52,258 nucleotides of DNA from positions 1 through 52,258 of the forward strand of contig NJBH01000029.1 in NCBI GenBank assembly GCA_005223125.1. Reading direction: 5' to 3'. The DNA is from Promethearchaeota archaeon Loki_b32 (GTDB lineage Archaea; Asgardarchaeota; Lokiarchaeia; Sigyniarchaeales; SOKP01). Position 1 is the first letter of the stretch. Every line of letters begins with the position of its first letter. Positions 20,171-30,482 of this stretch are shown here, piece by piece. A program made the position numbers and the translations under genes. The notes under the pieces are model-generated. The model saw only the letters and a program-made list of their open reading frames with translations, did no database searches and was not told where the DNA came from.

Positions 20171-20336
20171 TTTTATTACACCTTCAATATCAAGATATTA
20201 GAATTTAATATGATAGTAATTTTGTTTCATTCTATTTAAAGCTTCAAAAACAGTAATTTAAAATTGATTTAAAACCAAAACTTTAATTATTATATCGGTA
20301 TTAAAAATTAATATAGTAATTTTAGGTGAATCAAAT

Positions 20337-21917
20337 ATGGTTGACAAAGTAGTACCTTACTTAATTAATATGGGCGAGATAACTCCAGCAAGAAGTCAGG
20401 CTGCTCTATTAAATGAATTAGCAATGGGATTAATTGAATGTATAAGTATTTATGGTAAAAACCTTAAAAAATTAGGAAAAATCTCAAAAATTTCAACGGC
20501 ATTTTGGCCAGTTCGCTTAATTCCTTTAAGTGATACGCGAGCATGTGTTTGTAGTTATCTTTTAAACAAGCAAGAAAAGTTAAGTGTAGGAAAATTTGCT
20601 CAGATGCCACCAAGACCCGAGAATGTTATTAAAGGGGCAGATCCCGCATCTTTTTTAAGCTCACTACAGACTTATAATAATAATTATCTTAGAAGATCTA
20701 AAAATTTTAAACGTGGTGTAGTTATCCAAGAAGCACTATTTAATACAAATGAAGTAGAGTTTTTCCAGAATTTTTTCCTTAATCAATATAATATAGGTTC
20801 TCATTCAACGCCCTATTTTTTACTAGAAGGTGGTTCTATAACTAAAAGTGTTAATCTGACGAAAATTGTACCAGAAATCTTAGAATACATTTCACAGAAA
20901 GATGTTAGCATGCTTGATACGTTTGAAGATGCGATTATTAAGTTATGTGAAAGATGGATTCAGAAAGGAGGTAAAGATGTTGACAAAATCAGAGATACTA
21001 AAGTGGATACAGGAGAAGAAGAGAAGCAACTAGCAATCCTTAATAAAGAATTACAAGCAGAAAAAGAGCGAGAAATTGAAAAATCTCCAGAAGAATTAGT
21101 AAAACAAGGTAAATATAAAATTAATGATAAAACAGGAGAGTTAAATAATAATCTTAGTTCAATTAAAAACAGTGTTGATAGTTTGAAGAATGCAATCAAT
21201 AATCGTGATCTTTTTTTAGTAGAGGAAGGATTAAAAGATATTGATGTAAAATATACAGAGTTAGGAAATTCTATTAGTAGATATAAAACTGAGATCGCTC
21301 AATTAAGGAAAAATGTACAACGTGAAATATCTGATCTTGAAAAAACTCGGCAACAAAAAATAAGAGAGTTGGAACGCAAAAAAGCTGAAGTTGAAAAACA
21401 AATAGAAGCAAAACATAGTGGGCTTAGTAAAGATCTGACTAGTGCTGAAGATGTAATGGCTCAAATTAAAACAGAAAAGCAATCTTGTTTAGATAATATC
21501 GAATCTATTAAAGATAAAGAGATGACTGGTGTTCAAAATTTCTTTAACAACTACACACTTGAAATTAAAACTCAGAATGTCATTGTAGGTATTCCAATTT
21601 ATATATTCTTCTTTACGGATCTTAATACCAACAGAACTACTGAGAGAGCTCCTGTTTTACCTATTTTGATTGATAAAGGTAAAAAAGTAGATACAAAAGT
21701 TAAAGCGGGATTCAGACAAAAATTAAGAGATTTAATGAATAAAGATAATGCAATGATAGAACTAGTTGAAACTCAAGCTGATAAAAATAATTTAATGGAA
21801 ACTAAAAATTTAGACACGCGACTAGAAGACGCTATAAATGATTTGAGAGTTCGAAAAATATTAAATAAAAAACAAGCTGAAACGGCAAAAGCTATAATAA
21901 GTAATCTAGTTTGGTAA
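20337..21917 (+). CDS. Hypothetical protein with long central coiled coil
   Basis: 526-aa ORF with AGGTGA RBS; heptad-rich E/K/L region from about aa 225 to 395. Confidence 0.8.
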   Translation: MVDKVVPYLINMGEITPARSQAALLNELAMGLIECISIYGKNLKKLGKISKISTAFWPVRLIPLSDTRACVCSYLLNKQEKLSVGKFAQMPPRPENVIKGADPASFLSSLQTYNNNYLRRSKNFKRGVVIQEALFNTNEVEFFQNFFLNQYNIGSHSTPYFLLEGGSITKSVNLTKIVPEILEYISQKDVSMLDTFEDAIIKLCERWIQKGGKDVDKIRDTKVDTGEEEKQLAILNKELQAEKEREIEKSPEELVKQGKYKINDKTGELNNNLSSIKNSVDSLKNAINNRDLFLVEEGLKDIDVKYTELGNSISRYKTEIAQLRKNVQREISDLEKTRQQKIRELERKKAEVEKQIEAKHSGLSKDLTSAEDVMAQIKTEKQSCLDNIESIKDKEMTGVQNFFNNYTLEIKTQNVIVGIPIYIFFFTDLNTNRTTERAPVLPILIDKGKKVDTKVKAGFRQKLRDLMNKDNAMIELVETQADKNNLMETKNLDTRLEDAINDLRVRKILNKKQAETAKAIISNLVW

Positions 21918-22303
21918 AAACTCAGTTTTTTAACTATTTTCTTTCTTATAAATGTATTTCTATTAAGGATTTTGAAATTTCTCTTTTTTATGAAATATTA
22001 TCTATAAAATTCAGATATGGCTATTTATCGGGAGGACTTTTTACAAACGGAGAATTTAAAGTAGTATTTTTACTAAATGAAACTCCATCCACAACTTTAG
22101 AAGAAAAAATAATTAATTTCATAAAAGAAGTTGAAGACAAATTAGGCGAGCAATTTCATAAGCTTCACGTAGGATATCGGGGTTATATGGGTGGAAAAGA
22201 GATGAATACGATACTAATAAGCATTTTTGGTGTTGAAATATTAAAACTAATAGACACTAAAATAGAACAAGAATCAACCAAAATGCTCCAGATGCAAGAA
22301 TGA
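21911..22303 (+). CDS. Hypothetical protein, possible longin/roadblock-like fragment
   Basis: GEFKVVFLLNETPS..LEEKIINFIKEVEDK strand-helix pattern; start uncertain. Confidence 0.4.
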   Translation: MVKTQFFNYFLSYKCISIKDFEISLFYEILSIKFRYGYLSGGLFTNGEFKVVFLLNETPSTTLEEKIINFIKEVEDKLGEQFHKLHVGYRGYMGGKEMNTILISIFGVEILKLIDTKIEQESTKMLQMQE

Positions 22304-22475
22304 AATTTAATTTTTAATTTTTTTATTATTAATCCTCGTTTTCCTCTTAATAATTGTCAATTTGATAATTTGGATATTGAATTAAAATAAATGAATTGAG
22401 ATAATTTACTTTAGAAATCTTCAATAATTATGTTTAATATTTAATTGCTATAATATTTAAAAAACGGAGAAAGAA

Positions 22476-23732
22476 ATGTCTGATAAACTAAATCTTAGTA
22501 ATACATTCAAATTGTATGAAGAGGCATTGAAATTAATTCCGGGTGCGATTTTAGGCATACGACGCCCATATAACTTTGTTGAAGGAGAGTATCCTATTTT
22601 CTTTGAATCTGCGAAAGGTGGAAAGGTAATTGATGTAGATGGCAATGAATATATTGATATACTATGCGCCTATGGGCCTATTATCATCGGACACAGGGAA
22701 GAAGAAATTGATAATGCTGTAATAGAACAGATACGTAATAAAGGATTCTGTATGTCTTTAACCCAACAAGTTCAAAACAAATTGGCGAAAAAATTAAAAG
22801 AATTGATACCTTGTTGTGAAAAATTAGTATTAATGAAGATGGGGACTGATGCAACAACAGCAGCAGTAAGAGTAGCACGAGCCTACACAAAAAAAGCAAA
22901 GATTCTTAGTTGTGGGTACCATGGTTGGTATGATGCCTTCAGTGAGGTTCATGGAATCGAAGCAGGGATACCTAAAAAGTTATATGAAGATTTTTATGAA
23001 TTTGAATTTAATAATCTTGAAGAAGTTGAAAATTTGTTTAAAAAAAATAAAAATGAAATTGCTGCTATTATGGTGAATCCAATCCATACACAAGGTGGTC
23101 GAGAAGTTGAAATGCCAAAACCAGGATTTTTAGAGGGTTTACGTGAGTTAGCAACTGACAATAATACTTTATTAATATACGATGAGATTAGAACTGGTTT
23201 TCGTGTGGATATGGGAGGAGCCCAAAAAATGTTTGGAGTTATTCCTGATCTTGCCGCATTTGGTAAAGCTATGGGAAATGGATACCCTATAAGTACTCTC
23301 GTGGGAAAAGCAGAATATATGGATGTTTTAGTAGAAAAAGTGTTTTTAAGCTCGACTTTTTTCCCTAATAGCCTTGCTCAAGTTGCTTCTCTTAAAACAA
23401 TTGAGATTTTACAACGTGAAAAAGTCTTAGAAGCTATTAAAGAAAAAGGTGATAAATTCTCTAAACAGATTGAAGAATATATTGAAGATAGTGGTATTGA
23501 ATGTAAATTTACAGGTGGTCCTTGGATGCCTTATATTACATTTGACCCTGATCCAAACTATTTGTACAGAAAGGTGAGAGAAGAATTTTATCGTCAATTA
23601 ATCCGTCGAAAAGTTTTTCTACAACCATTTCATCATGGATATATTGCTTATCGCCATACAAGCGAAGATCTGGAATATGCTGCTGAGATGATTCAAGAAT
23701 CATTAAAAGAATGTAAAAAAATTAAAAACTAA
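22476..23732 (+). CDS. kat: Class III aminotransferase, probable 3-aminobutyryl-CoA aminotransferase
   Basis: GSA-like fold (DEIRTGFR, AFGKAMGNG) with LGIRRPYNFVEGEYP N-terminus; located directly before kce. Confidence 0.78.
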   Translation: MSDKLNLSNTFKLYEEALKLIPGAILGIRRPYNFVEGEYPIFFESAKGGKVIDVDGNEYIDILCAYGPIIIGHREEEIDNAVIEQIRNKGFCMSLTQQVQNKLAKKLKELIPCCEKLVLMKMGTDATTAAVRVARAYTKKAKILSCGYHGWYDAFSEVHGIEAGIPKKLYEDFYEFEFNNLEEVENLFKKNKNEIAAIMVNPIHTQGGREVEMPKPGFLEGLRELATDNNTLLIYDEIRTGFRVDMGGAQKMFGVIPDLAAFGKAMGNGYPISTLVGKAEYMDVLVEKVFLSSTFFPNSLAQVASLKTIEILQREKVLEAIKEKGDKFSKQIEEYIEDSGIECKFTGGPWMPYITFDPDPNYLYRKVREEFYRQLIRRKVFLQPFHHGYIAYRHTSEDLEYAAEMIQESLKECKKIKN

Positions 23733-23860
23733 TTTTTTATGTTGATACCAATGAAAGCACAACATACATTTATGTAAGTTTCAGATAAACTAGAAATGGT
23801 TAGAACTCCACCTTATATCTAAGAGATCAAATTTAAAATTATAGTAATATTGATGATGGT

Positions 23861-24688
23861 ATGGAGAAATTAATAATAACTGGAGCTATATGTGGAGCAG
23901 AGGTGACTAAGGAACATAATCCTAATGTACCCTATTCAGTTGAGGAAATTGGGAGAGAAGCAGAATCTACTTATAATGCAGGAGCAAGTATTATTCATTT
24001 ACATGTTAGAGAAGATGATGGAACTCCTACCCAAAGCAAGAAAAGATTTAAAGTATGTATTGAAGAAGTTAAAAAAAGGTGTCCAGATGTAATCATTCTA
24101 CCTTCTACTGGTGGAGCTGTAGGGATGACAAATGAGGAACGACTCCAACCTATCTATTTAGATCCTTCCCCTGAAATGGCGACACTTGATTGTGGTACAA
24201 TGAATTGGCTTGGTGGAGATGAAATTTTTGTTAATACAATAAAAACAATAATTTATTTTGCTGAAGAAATGAATAAAAGGGGAATAAAATACGAGTTGGA
24301 GTGTTTTGACAAAGGGATGATCGATATAGCATTAAGACTCCATGAAAAAGGGTATATAAAAGCTCCTATGCATTTCAATTTGGTACTAGGTGTTATTGGA
24401 GGAATGAATGCAACTCCTCGAGATTTGCTATATCTTATCAGTAGCCTTCCTGAAGATTGTACATATAGTGTTACAGGAATTGGAAGATATGAATTTTCAA
24501 TGGCAACGATTTCTATCATCATGGGTGGTCATGTAAGAGTAGGATTTGAAGATAACCTTTATTTATCTAAAGGTGTTCTAGCTAAATCAAATGGAGAGCT
24601 AGTAGAAAAAGTTGTAAGGATAACTAATGAATTAGGGAGAGAAATAGCAACACCAAATGAAGCAAGAGAAATATTAGGATTAAAATAA
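23861..24688 (+). CDS. kce: 3-keto-5-aminohexanoate cleavage enzyme
   Basis: KLIITGAICGAEVTK, Zn-binding IHLHVR, PSTGG, RVGFEDN. Confidence 0.93.
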   Translation: MEKLIITGAICGAEVTKEHNPNVPYSVEEIGREAESTYNAGASIIHLHVREDDGTPTQSKKRFKVCIEEVKKRCPDVIILPSTGGAVGMTNEERLQPIYLDPSPEMATLDCGTMNWLGGDEIFVNTIKTIIYFAEEMNKRGIKYELECFDKGMIDIALRLHEKGYIKAPMHFNLVLGVIGGMNATPRDLLYLISSLPEDCTYSVTGIGRYEFSMATISIIMGGHVRVGFEDNLYLSKGVLAKSNGELVEKVVRITNELGREIATPNEAREILGLK

Positions 24689-24714
24689 GAATTAAAAACG
24701 GGAATGATAAAATA

Positions 24715-25425
24715 ATGTATGAGAAATTTGCAGCAATATATGATTTAATCTATTCATTTAAAGATTACAAAAAAGAAGTAAAAATAATCAAAAAATTAAT
24801 ATCAAAACATAAAAAATCAGACGGAAATCAACTTCTCGATGTAGCTTGTGGTACAGGAAAACATATTCTTTATTTAAAAGAGGACTTCGAATGTACTGGA
24901 GTAGATATTAGTGATGGAATGCTAAATATTGCCAAAAAGATTATTAAAGGAGCCCAATTTATTAAATCCGATATGATAGAATTAAATCTTCAAAAGAAAT
25001 TTGACGTTATTCTTTGTTTATTTAGTTCTATTGGATATGTAAAGACATATGAAAATTTACAAAGAACAATTCAAAATTTTTATGACCATTTGAAATTAGG
25101 AGGAGTCTTAATTATAGAACCTTGGTTTACAAGATCAGTTTACATGGAGGGAACACCTCATATAACAACATATGAAGGAGAAAATTTAAATATAGCAAGG
25201 GCGAATATTGCTAAAATTGAAAATGACCTTTCTGTTATGAATATGCATTACTTAATTGCTAAAAAAGATGCTGATGATGTTGTTTATTATACTGAAAAGC
25301 ATGAATTGGGATTTTTTGAGATTGATAAGACATTAGAAATCATGAAAGAAGTTGGTATAGAATCTGAATTTCTTGAAAATGGTCTCATGAAAGACAGAGG
25401 TCTTTATATTGGTATAAAATCTTAA
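24715..25425 (+). CDS. Class I SAM-dependent methyltransferase (amino-sugar N-methyltransferase-like)
   Basis: LLDVACGTGKH, CLFSSIGY, IIEPWF, RGLYIG. Confidence 0.85.
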   Translation: MYEKFAAIYDLIYSFKDYKKEVKIIKKLISKHKKSDGNQLLDVACGTGKHILYLKEDFECTGVDISDGMLNIAKKIIKGAQFIKSDMIELNLQKKFDVILCLFSSIGYVKTYENLQRTIQNFYDHLKLGGVLIIEPWFTRSVYMEGTPHITTYEGENLNIARANIAKIENDLSVMNMHYLIAKKDADDVVYYTEKHELGFFEIDKTLEIMKEVGIESEFLENGLMKDRGLYIGIKS

Positions 25426-25517
25426 CTTATTTTTTTTTAAAAAAGTTCTAATTCTTGAAAATTTTTATTATTATCATTAATATATGTATCAAAATTACTA
25501 TTTTGAAGTGAGAACTT

Positions 25518-26558
25518 TTGAGAATGGGAAATAAGTACGGAACACATAGAGTTATTGAACCTAAAGGCTCTCTTCCTCAGCCAGCATTAAAAATATCAAA
25601 TGATATGGATATATTTGATAACGAAATCTTAATAGATGTAGAGTATTTAAATATTGATTCAGCTAGCTTCACTCAACTTAAAGAAGAAGCAAAAGGAGAT
25701 TTAGAAAAAATTAAAACAAAAATATTCGAAATTGTTGAAATGAAGGGTAAAATGCAAAACCCAGTTACAGGCTCTGGCGGTATGTTAATTGGTACGATTG
25801 AAAGGATTGGAGATGCTCTAAGGAACAGAATTGATTTAAATGAAGGTGACAAAATTGCTACATTAGTTTCTCTTTCACTAACACCATTGCGAATTGATAA
25901 AATCCTAAATATAAATCCTGATATTGATAGAGTCGAAATAGAGGGTAAAGCAATACTTTTTGAGAGTGGAATTTATGCTAAACTACCCGAGGACATGGAA
26001 GATACATTAGCGTTAGCTGCCTTTGACGTTGCAGGCGCTCCCGCACAAGTAAAAAAACTAGTGAAAGAAGGCAACTCAGTATTGATTCTTGGTGCTACTG
26101 GAAAATCTGGTTTAATGTGTTCCTACATGGCAAAAAAGATGGTTGGAAAAGAAGGAAAAGTTATTGGACAAGCGAGAAATAAAGCCCGTGCTGACTTTCT
26201 TAGAAGTACAAATTTCTGTCATGAAGTAATAATAGCTGACGTTTTAAATCCCATTAACACATTAGAAGAAACCTTAAAAGTTAATAATAATCAAGGTGTG
26301 GATATTTTGATTAACTGTTTAAGTATCCCGAATACAGAAATGGTCAGCATTCTTCCAGTCCGAGAAGGTGGAATTGTTTACTTCTTTTCTATGGCAACAA
26401 GCTTTACTAAAGCAGCTTTAGGAGCAGAAGGAGTAGGTAAAGATGTAACAATGATTATTGGCAATGGATATACAAAAAACCATGCACAAATCACTTTAGA
26501 TTTAGTACGTGAATCAGAGATTTTAAGAAAGATCTTTGAAGAAAAATACATAAAGTAA
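25518..26558 (+). CDS. kdd: L-erythro-3,5-diaminohexanoate dehydrogenase
   Basis: GNKYGTHRVIEPKG, LNIDSASF, NPVTGSGG, DVAGAPAQ, FFSMATSF, IGNGY. Confidence 0.93.
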   Translation: MRMGNKYGTHRVIEPKGSLPQPALKISNDMDIFDNEILIDVEYLNIDSASFTQLKEEAKGDLEKIKTKIFEIVEMKGKMQNPVTGSGGMLIGTIERIGDALRNRIDLNEGDKIATLVSLSLTPLRIDKILNINPDIDRVEIEGKAILFESGIYAKLPEDMEDTLALAAFDVAGAPAQVKKLVKEGNSVLILGATGKSGLMCSYMAKKMVGKEGKVIGQARNKARADFLRSTNFCHEVIIADVLNPINTLEETLKVNNNQGVDILINCLSIPNTEMVSILPVREGGIVYFFSMATSFTKAALGAEGVGKDVTMIIGNGYTKNHAQITLDLVRESEILRKIFEEKYIK

Positions 26559-26574
26559 AAAGATTAGAATTGAA

Positions 26575-27582
26575 CTAGTATTCCTCATCAAGATTTACAG
26601 TATTTAGAGGTTTTCCACCTCGGATAAATCTATTAATATTTACTAGAAATGGTCTAAGATCGGTCATTAAAGCATCTGATTGCCAAGCCCTATGAGCGGT
26701 TATAACTACATTTTTAAGCTCATGGAATGGAAACTTAGATGGGTAACATGGCATAGGGTCTTGATTTTCTGCTCCTCTAACCTTTGGATAATTGTACCAA
26801 ACATCTATTGCTGCACCTCTAATTCGCTTTTCTTTCAAGGCAGTATATAACGCACTTTCATTAATGGTGACACCACGACCTACATTAACAATAATTACAG
26901 TTGGTTTCATAGCTTCAAATTCTACGCTATTGAGAAAATTGATTGATTTCTTAGTTAAGGGAAGAGTGTTAATAATAATATCTGCTTTTTTAATAGCAGT
27001 TAGTTTTTCTTCAGGTGTAAAAATCTCAATTTCCGGGTCATCACATTCTTTAGTTCTTTTTATTGCTGTAAAGTTCATTTTGAACGGTTTACATATTTCT
27101 TTAAAGATTTTAGCAATATTTCCATACCCCAGAAATAACAGTGTCTTCCCAAATAGAGTAATAGCGGGATATTGGGTATAATCCCAATTACCTTCTCTTA
27201 AAAGTTGATCATTTATATTTAATTGTTTAGCTATTGAAAGTAAAAGAGCAAACCCATATTCAGCTATAATTTTAGAATGAGTATGTGAATTGCAGAGAAT
27301 TATGTTGTTTTTCTTATAAAATGTGAAATTATACTCCTCTAAACCTGTTGCGAATGTTTGATGCATTTTTAAGTTGGTATATAACCTTAAATCTGTTTCA
27401 TCAATTTTAGGCCCAATTAGTATATCTATTTCCTTGATAATTTGCACTCTCTCTTCATTTTTTATCTCATCATAAAAAATTAAATCTGAACTTGGTTCAA
27501 TCAACTGCCTAATACCTGATTTTACTTTTTCTGCTGAAAAAAGAGTTAATAATTCTTCTCTCGGCTTTATCAGAACTTTCAT
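26575..27582 (-). CDS. D-2-hydroxyacid dehydrogenase family protein
   Basis: GYGNIA, LPLT, VNVGRG, AAIDVW, TAH. Confidence 0.88.
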   Translation of the reverse strand: MKVLIKPREELLTLFSAEKVKSGIRQLIEPSSDLIFYDEIKNEERVQIIKEIDILIGPKIDETDLRLYTNLKMHQTFATGLEEYNFTFYKKNNIILCNSHTHSKIIAEYGFALLLSIAKQLNINDQLLREGNWDYTQYPAITLFGKTLLFLGYGNIAKIFKEICKPFKMNFTAIKRTKECDDPEIEIFTPEEKLTAIKKADIIINTLPLTKKSINFLNSVEFEAMKPTVIIVNVGRGVTINESALYTALKEKRIRGAAIDVWYNYPKVRGAENQDPMPCYPSKFPFHELKNVVITAHRAWQSDALMTDLRPFLVNINRFIRGGKPLNTVNLDEEY

Positions 27583-27856
27583 AGTAATATTTATAATTAA
27601 ATTTATATAAACATTTAGAGGAGATCATTGAAATCTTGTTAAAATTAGAGAATATTGATTTTCTAGCATTATCTTTATGAAATACTCATTTCTAATTAGT
27701 CTTTAATGTATCACAAATTCTTAGACTTGCTTTTATAAGAGTATGTTAGACAGGATTTTATAAAAATCTTAAAAAACACAAAAAATATTTGAAGCAAAAC
27801 ACTTTTAATTAATTGTTAGGTCAAATAAATTATTATAAATATTATTGAGTTTAACT

Positions 27857-29095
27857 ATGAAAGTCAATAGACGAAAAGAATTATTTGGACATGTAAGTGA
27901 TGAGGATTGGAACGACTGGCACTGGCAAGTTAAAAACAGAATAACCATTTTGGAAGATCTCAAAAAATATATCACATTAACCGAAGAAGAAGACGATCCA
28001 AGAATTTTACAAGAGTATAGAATGGCAGTTACACCTTATTACTTATCATTAATCGATCCTGAAGATCCTTATGACCCTATAAGAAAACAAGCAATTCCAA
28101 CGATTCATGAATTAGAAAGATATGGTGGTGATCTCGAAGATCCTCTTCATGAAGATGTTGATTCTCCTGTTCCTGGACTAACTCATCGTTATCCCGACCG
28201 AGTTTTATTTCTGGTCACAGAATTGTGTAGTATGTATTGTAGACATTGTACAAGGAGAAGATTTGCGGGGCATCATGATAAAGCACCTCCACAATCACAA
28301 ATAGATGCTTGTATAGAATATATCAGAAAATCTACCTCGATTAGGGATGTATTATTATCTGGAGGTGATGCTTTATTAATGTCTGATAAAAAATTAGAGG
28401 ATATTCTAAAGAAATTGAAAGAAATACCTCATGTAGAAATAATTCGGATAGGTTCTAGAGCTCCAGTAACAAATCCTTACAGAATTACTCCAGAGTTATG
28501 TGAAATGCTAAAAAATTATCATCCTATCTGGTTTAATACACATTTTAATCATCCTAATGAAATTACTGAAGATTCTACAAGAGCATGCGAAATGTTAGCT
28601 GATGCAGGGATGCCTCTTGGAAATCAGTCTGTCTTATTAAGGGGTGTCAATGATTGTATTCATGTAATGAAAAAATTAGTACAAGAATTGGTAGAAATAA
28701 GAGTAAGACCGTATTACATTTACCAATGTGATCTTTCTATGGGTTTAGGTCATTTTAGAACTAGAGTGGCTCAAGGTATTGAGATTATTGAAGGTTTGAG
28801 AGGCCATACTTCAGGATTATGTGTACCTACATTTGTTGTTGATGCTCCTGGAGGTGGTGGAAAAATACCTGTTATGCCGGATTATACAATATCTCAAGGA
28901 CATAAACGTGTTGTGTTGAGAAATTTTGAAGGTGTAATCACTACATACGAAGAACCAGAAGCTTATGTCCCAAACTGCCATTGTGAAGATTGTGAAAAAC
29001 AAATTGGGGTCAGTGCATTATTGAGCGGTCAAAAAGTGACTATTGAACCTGCAGATTTAAAAAGAAAGTTAAGAAGAAATAATTCAAGTAAGTAA
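27857..29095 (+). CDS. kamA: L-lysine 2,3-aminomutase (radical SAM, PLP)
   Basis: CSMYCRHC cluster motif, THRYPDRVL, GGGGKIP PLP lysine, C-terminal CHCEDC Zn site. ATG at 27857 (TTG at 27845 is an alternative). Confidence 0.96.
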   Translation: MKVNRRKELFGHVSDEDWNDWHWQVKNRITILEDLKKYITLTEEEDDPRILQEYRMAVTPYYLSLIDPEDPYDPIRKQAIPTIHELERYGGDLEDPLHEDVDSPVPGLTHRYPDRVLFLVTELCSMYCRHCTRRRFAGHHDKAPPQSQIDACIEYIRKSTSIRDVLLSGGDALLMSDKKLEDILKKLKEIPHVEIIRIGSRAPVTNPYRITPELCEMLKNYHPIWFNTHFNHPNEITEDSTRACEMLADAGMPLGNQSVLLRGVNDCIHVMKKLVQELVEIRVRPYYIYQCDLSMGLGHFRTRVAQGIEIIEGLRGHTSGLCVPTFVVDAPGGGGKIPVMPDYTISQGHKRVVLRNFEGVITTYEEPEAYVPNCHCEDCEKQIGVSALLSGQKVTIEPADLKRKLRRNNSSK

Positions 29096-29215
29096 AAATT
29101 CTTAAGATTTGTAGTAAAAATTACATTTACTTTAATATCTAATTTAAATAGTGAGATCTTCAACTTTTTTCTATGATCGAAAAGATTTAATTACTTAGAC
29201 CCTTATTTTTGAAAC

Positions 29216-30463
29216 ATGGATGCTGAAAACTCTAGTTTTTATAATTTTGTTATAGTTGGTGCCGGACCTGCTGGATTAACAGCGGGAATTACGGTAGCAA
29301 AACGTGGTTTCACATCAATAATTTTAGAAAAGGGAAGACTTGCTGGGCCAAAACCACGCGGTGAATCAATGGCTCATATGCCAATCGTTGATGATATATT
29401 GGGAGAAGGATTTTTACCTTCTATAGGTTTTAAATCGAGTGGCGGGAGATTATGGCATTCACCAAATGATTTGCAGATTACTACTACACACAAGAGTGGG
29501 TATGATCATTATTTCTTTGAATGGAGGGAATTTATTGATCGATTCACTGAAGTTGCGAACGATTTAGGTGTAAAAATGTTGTTTGACTCCACTGTTATTG
29601 AACCAATTGAAAAGCATGGAATAACGATCGGTGTGAAGTATAAAAGTATGGATGGTCAAATTCAAGAAATTTACGGTAACGCAGTATTAGATTGTAGCGG
29701 GTTTGAAGGAGTTATTGGTAAAAGATATGGAATAGATTATACAAAAATGAATTGCCCGATAGTAAAATGTCTTATTAGTAACGCAAATTTTAATATTAAA
29801 GAAAATCCTGACTTAGAATTCTATTTTATTGGAAATGGAGATCTAAGTTACTCATTTGACTTTCCCCCTTGCGTGGCATACTTCTTTCCTTTAGAAAATA
29901 GAAGAGCTGAAGTTGGATTAATGCTAAGAATAGCACAAGTTCCCAATATGAAAACAGTGAAGATGCCCGATAATGATGTAATTTTAAAAGTTTGGAGTAA
30001 AATAAAAGAGACTTATCCGGGATTTAGCGTATTCTTTAATGATTCCAATATCGATTATGAAGAAATTACTTCTTTACCTAATGCGAGAATAGCTGAAAAG
30101 TTCGTTCCTAATCCTGGTGTAGTTTTATTGGGAGATAGCGCTGGATTTGTAAACCCCTTTGGTTCTTCCGGACTATATTATTCTATGGAAATGGCGAATT
30201 TTTGGGTTGATATGATATCTCAAGATTTAGAAACCATAATAAAACTTAACAAATCTGGATTAGAAATCAATGAAAACTTATGGACTTTCAATAAAATTGA
30301 GAACTACACGATAAAATTTGAAGAACAACAAGTATATAAGGAAGTAAAAAATATGTACAACCTAATTGGCGCTTTTGAATATAAAATATTTAACCGGTTA
30401 CGCACATCCGATAAAATTAATAAGAAATGGGATTATATTGCTTCCCTTTTAAATCAAGCTTAA
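29216..30463 (+). CDS. Geranylgeranyl reductase family FAD oxidoreductase
   Basis: IVGAGPAG, EWREF, LLGDSAGFVNPFGSSG. Confidence 0.85.
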   Translation: MDAENSSFYNFVIVGAGPAGLTAGITVAKRGFTSIILEKGRLAGPKPRGESMAHMPIVDDILGEGFLPSIGFKSSGGRLWHSPNDLQITTTHKSGYDHYFFEWREFIDRFTEVANDLGVKMLFDSTVIEPIEKHGITIGVKYKSMDGQIQEIYGNAVLDCSGFEGVIGKRYGIDYTKMNCPIVKCLISNANFNIKENPDLEFYFIGNGDLSYSFDFPPCVAYFFPLENRRAEVGLMLRIAQVPNMKTVKMPDNDVILKVWSKIKETYPGFSVFFNDSNIDYEEITSLPNARIAEKFVPNPGVVLLGDSAGFVNPFGSSGLYYSMEMANFWVDMISQDLETIIKLNKSGLEINENLWTFNKIENYTIKFEEQQVYKEVKNMYNLIGAFEYKIFNRLRTSDKINKKWDYIASLLNQA

Positions 30464-30482
30464 TCGAGCAAATTTAACAACT

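Noticed and set aside
22476-23732. Annotation as glutamate-1-semialdehyde aminomutase (hemL)
   Set aside because: No tetrapyrrole genes nearby; the N-terminal motif and position beside kce favour Kat.
27857-29095. KamA as EF-P modification (EpmB) or osmolyte (AblA) enzyme
   Set aside because: It has the C-terminal Zn motif and sits among kdd, kce and kamDE, with no adjacent ablB or epmA.
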